From the NCBI GenBank assembly GCA_046095085.1, contig JBJTIQ010000069.1, forward strand, positions 1-43,557: 43,557 nt of DNA. Direction: 5' to 3'. Both the position numbers and the translations under genes were made by a program. Below, piece by piece: positions 27,869 to 36,449 of this stretch. The notes under the pieces were generated by a model. It was not told the DNA's origin and did not search any database. It saw nothing but the letters and a program-made list of their open reading frames with translations. How positions within the stretch are numbered: the first letter of the stretch is position 1; each line of letters begins with the position of its first letter. The DNA is from Actinomycetota bacterium (GTDB taxonomy: Bacteria > Actinomycetota > Actinomycetes > S36-B12).

Positions 27869-27882
27869 ACTGGACGTCCAGT
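27869..27882. promoter_or_regulatory. candidate TetR operator (perfect 14-bp palindrome ACTGGACGTCCAGT)
   Basis: A perfect inverted repeat in the 59-bp divergent spacer between the TetR gene (start 27851) and the saccharopine-dehydrogenase-like gene (start 27911). It is flanked by a direct TTGGGAC repeat (27855-27861 and 27882-27888). Confidence 0.45.
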
Positions 27883-27910
27883 TGGGACCGGAAACCGGGA
27901 AAGGACCCCC

Positions 27911-29080
27911 ATGCGGATCGGTGTCGTCGGCGGCGCGGGGGCCATGGGCTCGGTCACGGTTGCCGACCTGGCGGGCTCCGCCGGCATCACCGAGGTCGTC
28001 ATCGTCGATCCCGATATCGAGCGCGCCCGCGCCCTCGCCGAGCGTCTCGACGGACGTGAGGCAGCCCTCGTCGCGCGCGGCATCGACGCACCCCTCGCCG
28101 TCAGCCTCGCCGGCTGCGCTGCCGTAGTAAATGCCTCCGGCCATGCCCACAACATCGCGGTCATGGAGGCCTGTCTCGAAGTAGGAGCCCACTACACCGA
28201 TCTCGGCGGCTTGTTCCACGTCGCCGTGCGTCAATACGACTGGCATCAACGCTTTGTCGACGCCGGGCTGACGGCCACGCTGTCGATGGGATCGGCTCCC
28301 GGCCTCACCAACCTGATGGCTGCACGCGGAGTCGAACTCGGGCAACTCGACACCGTTGAGTCCATCGAGATTGCCGATGCCGTCGTACCCGGTCGGCAGT
28401 ACCACCCCTCGGAGCCCTACGGCCCGCCGTACGCCGCGCTGACCCTCATCGAGGAATACACCGCTCCCGCGCCGCAATTCGTCGATGGTGCCATCGGTTT
28501 CTACCCGGCAGGGTCGGGAGCCCGCACCTACGCATTCCCCGGCGGTGAGGTGGAGTGCGTCTACACGATCCACTCGGAGCCGGCCACCCTGCCGAGGTCC
28601 TACGCCGACCGCGGGATCGAGCGAGTCGAATGGCGACTAGGCCTCGCCCCGGCCGACCACGTGCGACTGCTGTCCTTCGTGGCCTCCGGGCTGGCCAGTG
28701 AGGAGCCGGTGGTCGTCGACGGCGTGAGCGTGCGTCCTGCCGACGTGCTGATCGCTGTGTTGGCCCGCCAGGCACGTGCCGATGCGGCAACGCCTGATCC
28801 CGATGCGGTGGAGTGGTTCCGGGTCATCACCACGGGCTCGCGCGATGGTGCCCGAGTCACCGTGACATGCGATGTGAAGGTGACCGACCCACCGTCCGGG
28901 GAGTTCTCCGGCGGCGCCTGGGTGACCGGCGTACCGCCGTCGATCGCCGCCCAGATCATGGCCTCGGGCCGAGCCCTGCGCACCGGCGTACACGGACCCG
29001 AGCTCACCATGCCCCTTGACCTGTTCTTCACCGAGCTTGCCGGGCGGGGCATGATCCCGCTAGACCAGATCGACGACTGA
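27911..29080 (+). CDS. saccharopine dehydrogenase-like NAD(P)-binding oxidoreductase
   Basis: Rossmann motif MRIGVVGGAGAMGS; HYTDLGG, SAPGLTN and a C-terminal Sacchrp_dh_C-like region (LIEEYT.PA..F.DG). Product is 389 aa. Confidence 0.75.
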   Translation: MRIGVVGGAGAMGSVTVADLAGSAGITEVVIVDPDIERARALAERLDGREAALVARGIDAPLAVSLAGCAAVVNASGHAHNIAVMEACLEVGAHYTDLGGLFHVAVRQYDWHQRFVDAGLTATLSMGSAPGLTNLMAARGVELGQLDTVESIEIADAVVPGRQYHPSEPYGPPYAALTLIEEYTAPAPQFVDGAIGFYPAGSGARTYAFPGGEVECVYTIHSEPATLPRSYADRGIERVEWRLGLAPADHVRLLSFVASGLASEEPVVVDGVSVRPADVLIAVLARQARADAATPDPDAVEWFRVITTGSRDGARVTVTCDVKVTDPPSGEFSGGAWVTGVPPSIAAQIMASGRALRTGVHGPELTMPLDLFFTELAGRGMIPLDQIDD

Positions 29081-29093
29081 CCGCGGAGGCACC

Positions 29094-30386
29094 ATGGCTG
29101 ATCGACCCCTCACTGTGCTCCTCGCCGCCGAGAGCGCCTACGGCCCCACCAACAACTGCATCGGCATCGGCGCCGAACTCATCAAGATGGGGCACCGAGT
29201 CGTCTTTGCCGCCGAGGAATCCTGGGCCGGCAAGATCGAGCCACTCGGCATCGAAGAGCGGCTGGTCTCTATGGCTCCCCCACCCGAGGAGGAGGCAGCC
29301 GCCGGTCAGTTCTGGATCGACTTCATCCGCGATACCTCTCCGGAGTTCCGCAAGAGCACGTTCGACCAGATCACGACGTTCATCGAGCCCGTGTGGCGCA
29401 GTCTCATGGATGGGGCAACATACGCAAACCCGCAGTTCGCCGCGATCGTCGATGAGATTGCCCCCGACATCATCGTGCAGGACAACGTGTCGGCCTTCCC
29501 CGCGCTCAAGGCGGCCGGTCGGCCGTTCGTGCGGCTCGTGTCATGCCAACCGCTCGAGATGACCGGGCCCAAGCTCCCTCCCGCGCTAGCCGGACTCCCC
29601 GCCGACGACTCAAGCCAATGGCAGGCGTGGCGCGATGAATACGCGCGCGTCAATGCTGGCGTATGGGCCGAATACAACGAGTTCTCGCAGGACTCAGGTG
29701 CCGGGCCTCTGCCTGCGGGCGAGTTCAACTACGTCGGCGATGCCAACGTCTACATCTACCCCTCGGTCGTGGACTACGTCGATCGGCGACCTCTCGACGC
29801 CACCTGGCATCGGGTGCAGTCATCCGTGCGCCGCACCGAGCAGCCGATCGACGTGCCCGCTCACATCCTCGAGGGTGACGGATCCCTGGTCTACCTCTCG
29901 CTCGGTTCGCTCGGCGGAGCAGACATCGACCTCATGAAGCGACTCACGGGCTTCCTCGCCGACAGCCCCCACCGCTTCATCGTCAGCAAGGGTCCCCGCG
30001 CTGACGAGTGGGAGGTCCCCGACAACATGTGGGGCGCGGGCATGGTGCCGCAGACCACGCTCCTCGACAAGGTCGACCTGGTCATCACGCACGGCGGCAA
30101 CAACACGACGTGTGAGTCCTTCCACTTCGGCAAGCCCATGGTCGTCCTGCCGCTCTTCTGGGACCAATACGACAACGCCCAACGCGTCGACGAGACCGGT
30201 TTCGGAAGGCGACTCGACACCTACCGTGTCGAGAAGGCGCAGCTCAACGCCGCCATCGACACGCTCCTGGCCGACACCGCGCTGCGCGAGCGCATGGCCG
30301 ACATCTCGCGCCAGATCCGGGCCGAAGACGGCGTTCGCCGCGAGGCGGAGATCATCGCTGACCTAGGGAAGTCCGCGGCACGCTGA
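29094..30386 (+). CDS. GT1-family (UDP-glycosyltransferase/MGT-like) glycosyltransferase
   Basis: C-terminal nucleotide-sugar motif VITHGGNNTTCESFHFGKPMVVLPLFWDQYDNA. The N-terminal acceptor domain has the GxxxP pattern AAESAYGPTNNCIGIG. Confidence 0.8.
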   Translation: MADRPLTVLLAAESAYGPTNNCIGIGAELIKMGHRVVFAAEESWAGKIEPLGIEERLVSMAPPPEEEAAAGQFWIDFIRDTSPEFRKSTFDQITTFIEPVWRSLMDGATYANPQFAAIVDEIAPDIIVQDNVSAFPALKAAGRPFVRLVSCQPLEMTGPKLPPALAGLPADDSSQWQAWRDEYARVNAGVWAEYNEFSQDSGAGPLPAGEFNYVGDANVYIYPSVVDYVDRRPLDATWHRVQSSVRRTEQPIDVPAHILEGDGSLVYLSLGSLGGADIDLMKRLTGFLADSPHRFIVSKGPRADEWEVPDNMWGAGMVPQTTLLDKVDLVITHGGNNTTCESFHFGKPMVVLPLFWDQYDNAQRVDETGFGRRLDTYRVEKAQLNAAIDTLLADTALRERMADISRQIRAEDGVRREAEIIADLGKSAAR

Positions 30387-31333
30387 TGAAGCCTGACCTG
30401 TTCGAGCGCGATCTGCTCGACATCCCGTCGCGCCTCGAGCAGCTCGCCACCCGTCTCGACGCCGGCGACCCGTGGTCGTTTGTCACCTCCCGCAACGCGC
30501 TCCTCAGCGGCATGGGCTCCTCGCAGTACGCCGCGCGCTCCGCGGCGGGGTGGCTGCGCAACAGGGGTGTGGGCGTCGTCGACGAGATCGCCTCGACCGA
30601 CCCGGGCTGGCCGGGCGGCCCGGGCACCTCCGCCATCCTCATCTCGGCGTCGGGAGGGTCTGCCGAGACGCTCGACCGCAGCGCGCGCCTCGCCGATGGC
30701 ACGCAACGCATCGCGCTGGTCAACACGATCGACTCCGCGCTCGCGCGAGAGTCCGACGCCGTCATTGCGATGGATGCGGGGCCGGAGACAGGCGAGGTCG
30801 CCTGCCGCAGCTACCGCCACACCATCGCCCTGCTGCTGGCGCTGGCGTATCCCGAGGCAGACATCGCCGCGGCGTGCCGTGCTGCCGCTTCTCACACGCG
30901 CGCCTTGCTCGCCGACACTTCATGGCTCGATGCAATCGACGAGCTCCTCACGCCCACGGAGACGACGTACTGGATTGCGCCGGAGAGTCGCATCGGGTCC
31001 GCGCTGCAGTCAGCGCTCATGATGCGAGAGGTACCCCGACGCCCGGCGGTCGGATGCGAGACCGGCGACTGGAGCCACGTCGACGTCTACCTGACCCTCA
31101 CCACCGACTATCGATGCGTCGTCTTCACCGGGTCGAGCTGGGATGCGCAGGCCACCGCCTGGCTCACCAAGCGCGAGTCCCGTGTGGTCAGCGTGGGCGA
31201 TGCACTCGGCGTGCCGGGCGAGCTCCATCTGCCCATGCCCGGCGATCCCTTCACCCGCATGCTGTGCGAGACGATCGTCGCCGAGCTCCTGGCCCTGCGC
31301 TGGTGGCGCAGCAGCCCCGTCGAGGTCGCATGA
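30386..31333 (+). CDS. SIS-domain sugar-phosphate isomerase/deglycase-like protein (GlmS-isomerase/FrlB-like)
   Basis: ATG overlaps the GT stop (TGATG). SIS motifs LLSGMGSSQYAA and ILISASGGSAETLD, followed by a second SIS-like half. Confidence 0.75.
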   Translation: MKPDLFERDLLDIPSRLEQLATRLDAGDPWSFVTSRNALLSGMGSSQYAARSAAGWLRNRGVGVVDEIASTDPGWPGGPGTSAILISASGGSAETLDRSARLADGTQRIALVNTIDSALARESDAVIAMDAGPETGEVACRSYRHTIALLLALAYPEADIAAACRAAASHTRALLADTSWLDAIDELLTPTETTYWIAPESRIGSALQSALMMREVPRRPAVGCETGDWSHVDVYLTLTTDYRCVVFTGSSWDAQATAWLTKRESRVVSVGDALGVPGELHLPMPGDPFTRMLCETIVAELLALRWWRSSPVEVA

Positions 31334-32562
31334 CCCTGCTCGACGAGGTCCGATCAGACCTGGGCCGCGTTTCCGCCGACGACCTCGTCCCGGCCCTCCG
31401 ACACGGACAGCTGCCCGCGATCGAGCAGATCGACGACGTCGCCCCGCTGTCGCCCGATGTCGCCGTCGCCGCTATCCGGCTCACGGACTCCCGCGAATTC
31501 TTCGTGCCACTCGTACACGACCGCAGCTGGCGACGGGCCGAGCCCGGTGACGGCGTGAGCATGGCAGCGCTCGATGCGCCGGCGCCGATCGTGGTGGAGC
31601 ACCTTAATCCGCTGCCCGCCGTCGCCACCGGTCGCGAGCGTGCGATCGACGTCGACATGACCAACGACGTGCGCGTCATCGATGACTCGGTCGTCGTCAA
31701 ATGGCAGTTCCTGCGCCAATCGGGATCTCTCATCGGTCCTCGCGTGGTGTCGCATCTGTGGTCCGCTGGTTTTCGCGAACTTCCAGAGCCATTCGCCACG
31801 GTGCGCTGGAACGACGACCTCCTGGTGTCCTTCGCGAGATTCCTCCCGGGAGCCGAGGACGGGTGGGAGTGGATGCTCGACGATGTCCGCCGGATGCTTG
31901 CCGGCGAGGCACCCGCGCCTTCGTGGCCGGAGGTGGTCGGCCAGCTAGCGGCTCGGATGCATGCCGCTGCCGTGCACCCGACTCAGCTCATCGATCACCC
32001 GGTCGAGCGCCGCTCGCTGGCCCCCATCGCTCAGCACTACCGGGCGCTTCTTGACTCGACCCTCGACGCCGAGTTGCGGGCGGCGGTCGAGCGCTGGCGT
32101 TCGGGATTCATGGATGCGTGCGACACATTGACCGCCGCGGATGACGTCGACGTCATGCCCATTCATGGAGACCTGCACCCCGGTCAATTCCTCCGGTGGC
32201 GTGATGGCGTTGCCATCTGCGACTTCGACGGCAACCCCACTCTTCCCGCACACCTCCGGACCCTTCGAGGGCCCACCGCGCAGGATGTCGCGGGCATCCT
32301 GCGCGGATTCGATCACGTGGCGATCGCGGCCGCCCGCCACACGGGCGAGTCTGCGGCGCTCGGACCAGCCCGCGAGTGGGCCCGCGATGCGCGAGGCAGG
32401 GCCTTATCGGCGTATCGCAGTGAGCCGGGCGTCCCCGCCCTCGACGAGTCGGTGCTAGGCGCCCTCGAGACGTTGTCGCCCCTGCACGAGGCGGTCTACG
32501 CCACGACATACCTGCCGCGCTGGCGCTACGTCCCCCTGGCGGTGCTTGACGGAGGCTGGTAG
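31330..32562 (+). CDS. maltokinase-like (Mak/Pep2-fold) sugar kinase, possibly glucosamine-kinase type
   Basis: ATG overlaps the SIS stop (ATGA). An N-terminal cap-like region is followed by the catalytic loop MPIHGDLHPGQFLRW and the metal site ICDFDGNP, very like the maltokinase HGDLHLGQVL / DFEGEP. Confidence 0.7.
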   Translation: MTLLDEVRSDLGRVSADDLVPALRHGQLPAIEQIDDVAPLSPDVAVAAIRLTDSREFFVPLVHDRSWRRAEPGDGVSMAALDAPAPIVVEHLNPLPAVATGRERAIDVDMTNDVRVIDDSVVVKWQFLRQSGSLIGPRVVSHLWSAGFRELPEPFATVRWNDDLLVSFARFLPGAEDGWEWMLDDVRRMLAGEAPAPSWPEVVGQLAARMHAAAVHPTQLIDHPVERRSLAPIAQHYRALLDSTLDAELRAAVERWRSGFMDACDTLTAADDVDVMPIHGDLHPGQFLRWRDGVAICDFDGNPTLPAHLRTLRGPTAQDVAGILRGFDHVAIAAARHTGESAALGPAREWARDARGRALSAYRSEPGVPALDESVLGALETLSPLHEAVYATTYLPRWRYVPLAVLDGGW

Positions 32563-32563
32563 C

Positions 32564-33601
32564 TCAGGCGCCCATCTCGCCACTGATAGCCGCCACAAAC
32601 CCATCGACGTCTTCAGGTGTCGTATCCCATGAGCACATCCACCGAACTTCACCGGTGCGCTCATCCCACTCGTAGAACCGATAGTGCTGCTGCAGCCGGG
32701 CCGTGACGTCGCGTGGCAGGTAGGCGAAGACGGCATTGGCATCAACTCGTCGAGCGATTGTGACGCCGGGGATCTCCTTCACGCCTTCAAGGAGCCTCTG
32801 TGCCATCGCATTGGCGTGCGAAGCGTTGCGGCGCCACAGATCGTCGGTGAGAAGAGCGCACAACTGGGCGCTGACGAAGCGCATCTTGCTGGCCAACTGC
32901 ATGGACGACTTGCGTAGGAACGGCACCGCATGCGCAAGACCTGGATCGAGCACGACGACGGCTTCGGCTCCCAGGGCGCCGTTCTTGGTGCCACCGAACG
33001 ACACGATGTCGATGCCCACGTCGGTCGTGATGGCGCGGAGGTCCACGTTGAGACCAGCAGCGGCATTGGCGATGCGCGCGCCATCGAGGTGGACCTTCAT
33101 GCCCAGGCCGTGCACATGGTCGACGAGGGTGCCGAGCTGGTCGACGGAGTACGCCGTGCCGAGCTCGGACGACTGCGTCACGGTGACGACGGCCTGCTGC
33201 GCCCGATGAACGTCGCCGAAGCGCACGGCATGGAGATCGATGGCCTCGGGAGTCAGGAGCCCATCGGCCGTGGGCGTGGTCCAGAGCTTCAGGCCGGCGA
33301 CCTTCTCGGGTGCGCCTCCCTCATCCACGTTGACGTGGGCGGTGTCGGAGCAGACGACCGCCTCCCACGGGCGGCAGATGGCCGACAGGGCCACGACGTT
33401 GGCACCGGTGCCATTGAAGACGGGGAAGACCTCGGCCTGCGACCCGAAGTGATCGCGCACGAGGTCAGCAAGGCGCGCCGTCTCGTCGTCCTCGCCGTAG
33501 GCCACCGCGTGACCGGCATTGGCGCGCACAACGGCATCGAGCACCTCCGGGTGCGCGCCGGCGTAGTTGTCGCTCGCGAAGCCTCGCCAGGGTGCGCTCA
33601 T
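32564..33601 (-). CDS. low-specificity threonine aldolase (PLP-dependent, beta-eliminating lyase family)
   Basis: ATG at 33601. FASDNYAG..PEV, NGTGANV and the PLP-lysine motif SFGGTKNG. The ORF extension to 34033 overlaps the SDR gene and is rejected. Confidence 0.85.
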   Translation of the reverse strand: MSAPWRGFASDNYAGAHPEVLDAVVRANAGHAVAYGEDDETARLADLVRDHFGSQAEVFPVFNGTGANVVALSAICRPWEAVVCSDTAHVNVDEGGAPEKVAGLKLWTTPTADGLLTPEAIDLHAVRFGDVHRAQQAVVTVTQSSELGTAYSVDQLGTLVDHVHGLGMKVHLDGARIANAAAGLNVDLRAITTDVGIDIVSFGGTKNGALGAEAVVVLDPGLAHAVPFLRKSSMQLASKMRFVSAQLCALLTDDLWRRNASHANAMAQRLLEGVKEIPGVTIARRVDANAVFAYLPRDVTARLQQHYRFYEWDERTGEVRWMCSWDTTPEDVDGFVAAISGEMGA

Positions 33602-33602
33602 C

Positions 33603-34277
33603 TCAGGCCTCCGTGAGATCCATGCGCGTGCCGTTGGGCACGTCACCGTCGACGATCCCACGGATCGCTGCCGCGAGGTCAGAGGTATCCGTGTATCCCT
33701 TGAAGGCCTTGTCAGGGTCGCTCGCCCGCATGCTCTCGTCGACCAGTGCCATGACCGCCACGATCGCCGCCCGCGCCTGAGAATCCTTGAAGGAGTTGGC
33801 GAGCCCGCCCACCCAGGTCTCGGCGGCCGCCTTGGCCGTGGCGTAGGCGACGTTGCCCGCGGTGGGCCTGGTGGCGGACGTGCTCGAGACCATGACGTAG
33901 CAGCCGCCGGCATCGATGAGAGCGTCGCGGAAGGCGACGGTGGTCGTGCGGACAGTGCCGAAGACGCCCGGCGCGATCGAATCCCAGGCATCGAGCGCGG
34001 ACCGGTCGACAGTCGTGGATCCCTGCCATCCACCGACGAGGTGCACGACGGCGTCGATCCGCCCGTGTCGAGCGATCACGTCGTCGCGGAAACGAGCCAG
34101 GTCGTCGACGTCCAGCAGATCCACGACGGCAGCCTCTCCACCGACCGCATCGGCAGCCGCGTGCGCGAGATCCTCGCGACGGTCGACGACGATCACCAGA
34201 TAGGTCGAGCCCAGTGCCTTCGCCACGGCACGACCGCCCATGCCCGCGCCCAGCACGATGGCGACGGGCCGGCTCAT
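33603..34277 (-). CDS. SDR-family oxidoreductase
   Basis: IVLGAGMGGRAVAKAL nucleotide fold, catalytic YATAKAA (YxxxK), 224 aa. The start overlaps the stop of the upstream gene (ATGA). Confidence 0.75.
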   Translation of the reverse strand: MSRPVAIVLGAGMGGRAVAKALGSTYLVIVVDRREDLAHAAADAVGGEAAVVDLLDVDDLARFRDDVIARHGRIDAVVHLVGGWQGSTTVDRSALDAWDSIAPGVFGTVRTTTVAFRDALIDAGGCYVMVSSTSATRPTAGNVAYATAKAAAETWVGGLANSFKDSQARAAIVAVMALVDESMRASDPDKAFKGYTDTSDLAAAIRGIVDGDVPNGTRMDLTEA

Positions 34278-36361
34278 ACGGTCGCTCCGGTGATGCCGCG
34301 CGCGGAGTCGATGGCGGGTGCGAGGGCCTTGCGCAGCGACTCGTAAAAGACGTTGAGCGGGAACTCATCGGGAAGGACGGCATCCACCGCCTCCTTGAGT
34401 TCACCCGGCAGGGCCTGAGCGCCCTGGGCCCAGACCGACTGGGGATGCGGCGGCACGAGCGCACTCACGAACTCGTAGGCCGCGATCCAGTGGCCGAGGC
34501 GGGAGCGGTCGATGCCCTCGCGGTAAAGCGCGTCAACCTCGGCGCACAGGGCGTTCATCGCACCCTGCACGCCACTCCAGTCGATGCGCAGGGTGTTGTC
34601 GGTCCAGCGGATCACGTCGTGCTTGTGCAGCCACGCGAAGATGATCTGGCCGGCGAGTCCGTCGTAGTTGCGCACCCGCTCACCGGTGGTCGGGAAGCGG
34701 AAGAGCCGGTCGAAGAGGATCGCGATGCGCACGTAGGGGGCGAGCACGATGCCCCGCTCCCCCAAGGCCTCGGTCTCGCGGAAGGTCGACAGGTCGCAGC
34801 GCAACTCCTCGAGGCCGTACATCCAGTAGGGCATGCGCTGCTTGATCATGAAGGGGTCGAAGGGCAGGTCGCCGTGGCTGTGGGTGCGATCGTGCACGAG
34901 GTCCCACAGGACGAAGGTCTCCTGGGCGATGGCCTGGTCGTTGAGCAGGAGTTCGGCCTCCGGGGGCAGGTCCAGGCGAAGTCGGTCGGCGGCCGCCCGC
35001 GACACCCGGCGGAACCGAGCGGCCTCGCGGTCGCAGAAGATCCCTCCCCAACTGAAGGGCACCACCTCACGGGTCGCGACCGTCTCGGGGAAGAGGACCG
35101 CCGAGTGAGTGTCGTATCCCGACGTGAAGCCCATGAACTCGATCGGAACGAAGGCGGCGTTGTCGTACGACGTGGCCTCGAGCTCGGCGATCCAGTCGGG
35201 CCACACGGTGCGGATGGTGACAGCCTCGACATTGCGGTTGGGATTGCCATTTTGCGTGTACATGGGAAACACGACGACGTGCTCGATGCCATCGCGACGC
35301 ACGGACTCCGGGTGGAAGGTCATCAGCGAGTCGAGGAAGTCAGGCACGCCGAATCCACCATCGCGCCAAGCCCGGAAGTCATTGGTCACCGCCTCGATGT
35401 ATGCGGCCTGGTGCGGCACGTGGGGAGCAAGCTCGTGCAGCGCCGCCACGATCTCTTCGACGCGAGCCGATGCGACGTCAGGGTCGCCGACGATCGCGCC
35501 GTCCTTGGCCTGCAGGGGACGCAGAGCTTCGACGGCGGTGGTCAGCCGCTCCCATGCGGGACTGGAGATGACGACACTGGCCGCGGCGGTCTGCCCGCTC
35601 AACCGTGGACCCGCGGCCGCCCAGGTGACCAACGCTCGCCACAGGGCCCGATTGCCCACGTCGTCGATGGAGTCGTCACCGGCGAAGTCGGAGTCGGCCG
35701 CCACCACGACCCGCCCGGCACCCACTGACACGCCGACCAGCACCGGAGCATTGGCTGGTGATGCGGTGGGCGAGCTGGTCGCGAAGGCGTAGGCGTCGGA
35801 TTGGTCAGCCTGAACCTCTAGGACTCCCGATCGATAGAAGCACGCTGCCTGGACGTCGGCGAAGACGGTGCAGCCATGCGCATCATGTGGTTCCAGCATG
35901 ATCCATGTGGATACATCGTTGAATCGGGCAACCGGGTCTTGCGCCGTCGCATTGACGACGCCCACGCCAAAGAGCTGGGCAATGGCTCCCAGGTTGTTGC
36001 CGTACTTCGCCTGCTCTGTCTCGGCGAGGACCACCAGGCCCCCACCCCGTCGTACGAAGCCTTCGATGACGGAGATCTCATCACCGGAGTAGACCGGAGA
36101 CCCCACGCCGACCGTCGACTCCCACGCATCGTCGGAGCAATGGGGCAGCACCAGCACATCAACATCGGCAAGAATCCCCGCCGTGAGCGGACCGTCGACA
36201 TGGACCGCGACGTCGAAGCCAGCCACGGCGAGGGTGCGAGCCGCCTCGGCGTAGGACGAATCGGCGGGGTTGGCCGGGCTCATGTGTGCGGCCACCTCGG
36301 GCCGGGTCGACCACGCCTGGCGGTGGCTCTCGTCGACCATGACCTTCTTGAGCGGACGCAT
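34274..36361 (-). CDS. two-domain protein of unknown function (N-terminal GATase1/DUF4350-like domain plus C-terminal uncharacterised HxxxH-containing domain)
   Basis: A 695-aa ORF with strong GC3 coding bias. The N-terminal roughly 250 aa (DVLVLPH...EGFVRRGGGLVVLAE) resemble a non-catalytic class-I amidotransferase-like fold. The C-terminal part carries LVHDRTHSHGD...GLEELRCD. No confident family assignment. Confidence 0.6.
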   Translation of the reverse strand: MRPLKKVMVDESHRQAWSTRPEVAAHMSPANPADSSYAEAARTLAVAGFDVAVHVDGPLTAGILADVDVLVLPHCSDDAWESTVGVGSPVYSGDEISVIEGFVRRGGGLVVLAETEQAKYGNNLGAIAQLFGVGVVNATAQDPVARFNDVSTWIMLEPHDAHGCTVFADVQAACFYRSGVLEVQADQSDAYAFATSSPTASPANAPVLVGVSVGAGRVVVAADSDFAGDDSIDDVGNRALWRALVTWAAAGPRLSGQTAAASVVISSPAWERLTTAVEALRPLQAKDGAIVGDPDVASARVEEIVAALHELAPHVPHQAAYIEAVTNDFRAWRDGGFGVPDFLDSLMTFHPESVRRDGIEHVVVFPMYTQNGNPNRNVEAVTIRTVWPDWIAELEATSYDNAAFVPIEFMGFTSGYDTHSAVLFPETVATREVVPFSWGGIFCDREAARFRRVSRAAADRLRLDLPPEAELLLNDQAIAQETFVLWDLVHDRTHSHGDLPFDPFMIKQRMPYWMYGLEELRCDLSTFRETEALGERGIVLAPYVRIAILFDRLFRFPTTGERVRNYDGLAGQIIFAWLHKHDVIRWTDNTLRIDWSGVQGAMNALCAEVDALYREGIDRSRLGHWIAAYEFVSALVPPHPQSVWAQGAQALPGELKEAVDAVLPDEFPLNVFYESLRKALAPAIDSARGITGATV

Positions 36362-36449
36362 GGGGACCTCCTGGGGAAGAACAAGCGGTCCATCGTACCA
36401 AATGACGACGATTGTCCTGTAGCGGTGGGCATTCGCCGGAAATCGTCCC

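Noticed and set aside
32564-33601. Linking the threonine aldolase to aminoacetone supply for the microcompartment
   Set aside because: Aminoacetone derives from threonine dehydrogenase chemistry, not from aldolase cleavage. The gene is also embedded in a separate, tightly coupled operon 26 kb away.
34214-35728. A 504-aa plus-strand ORF antisense to the 695-aa gene. Similar long antisense or alternative-frame ORFs are 19879..21162, 40229..41683, 27710..28573, 7962..8879 and 42608..43498.
   Set aside because: The same reasoning applies. They have biased Arg/Gly/Asp/His composition, no domain-like motifs, and each fully overlaps a gene with strong family evidence on the other strand or in another frame.
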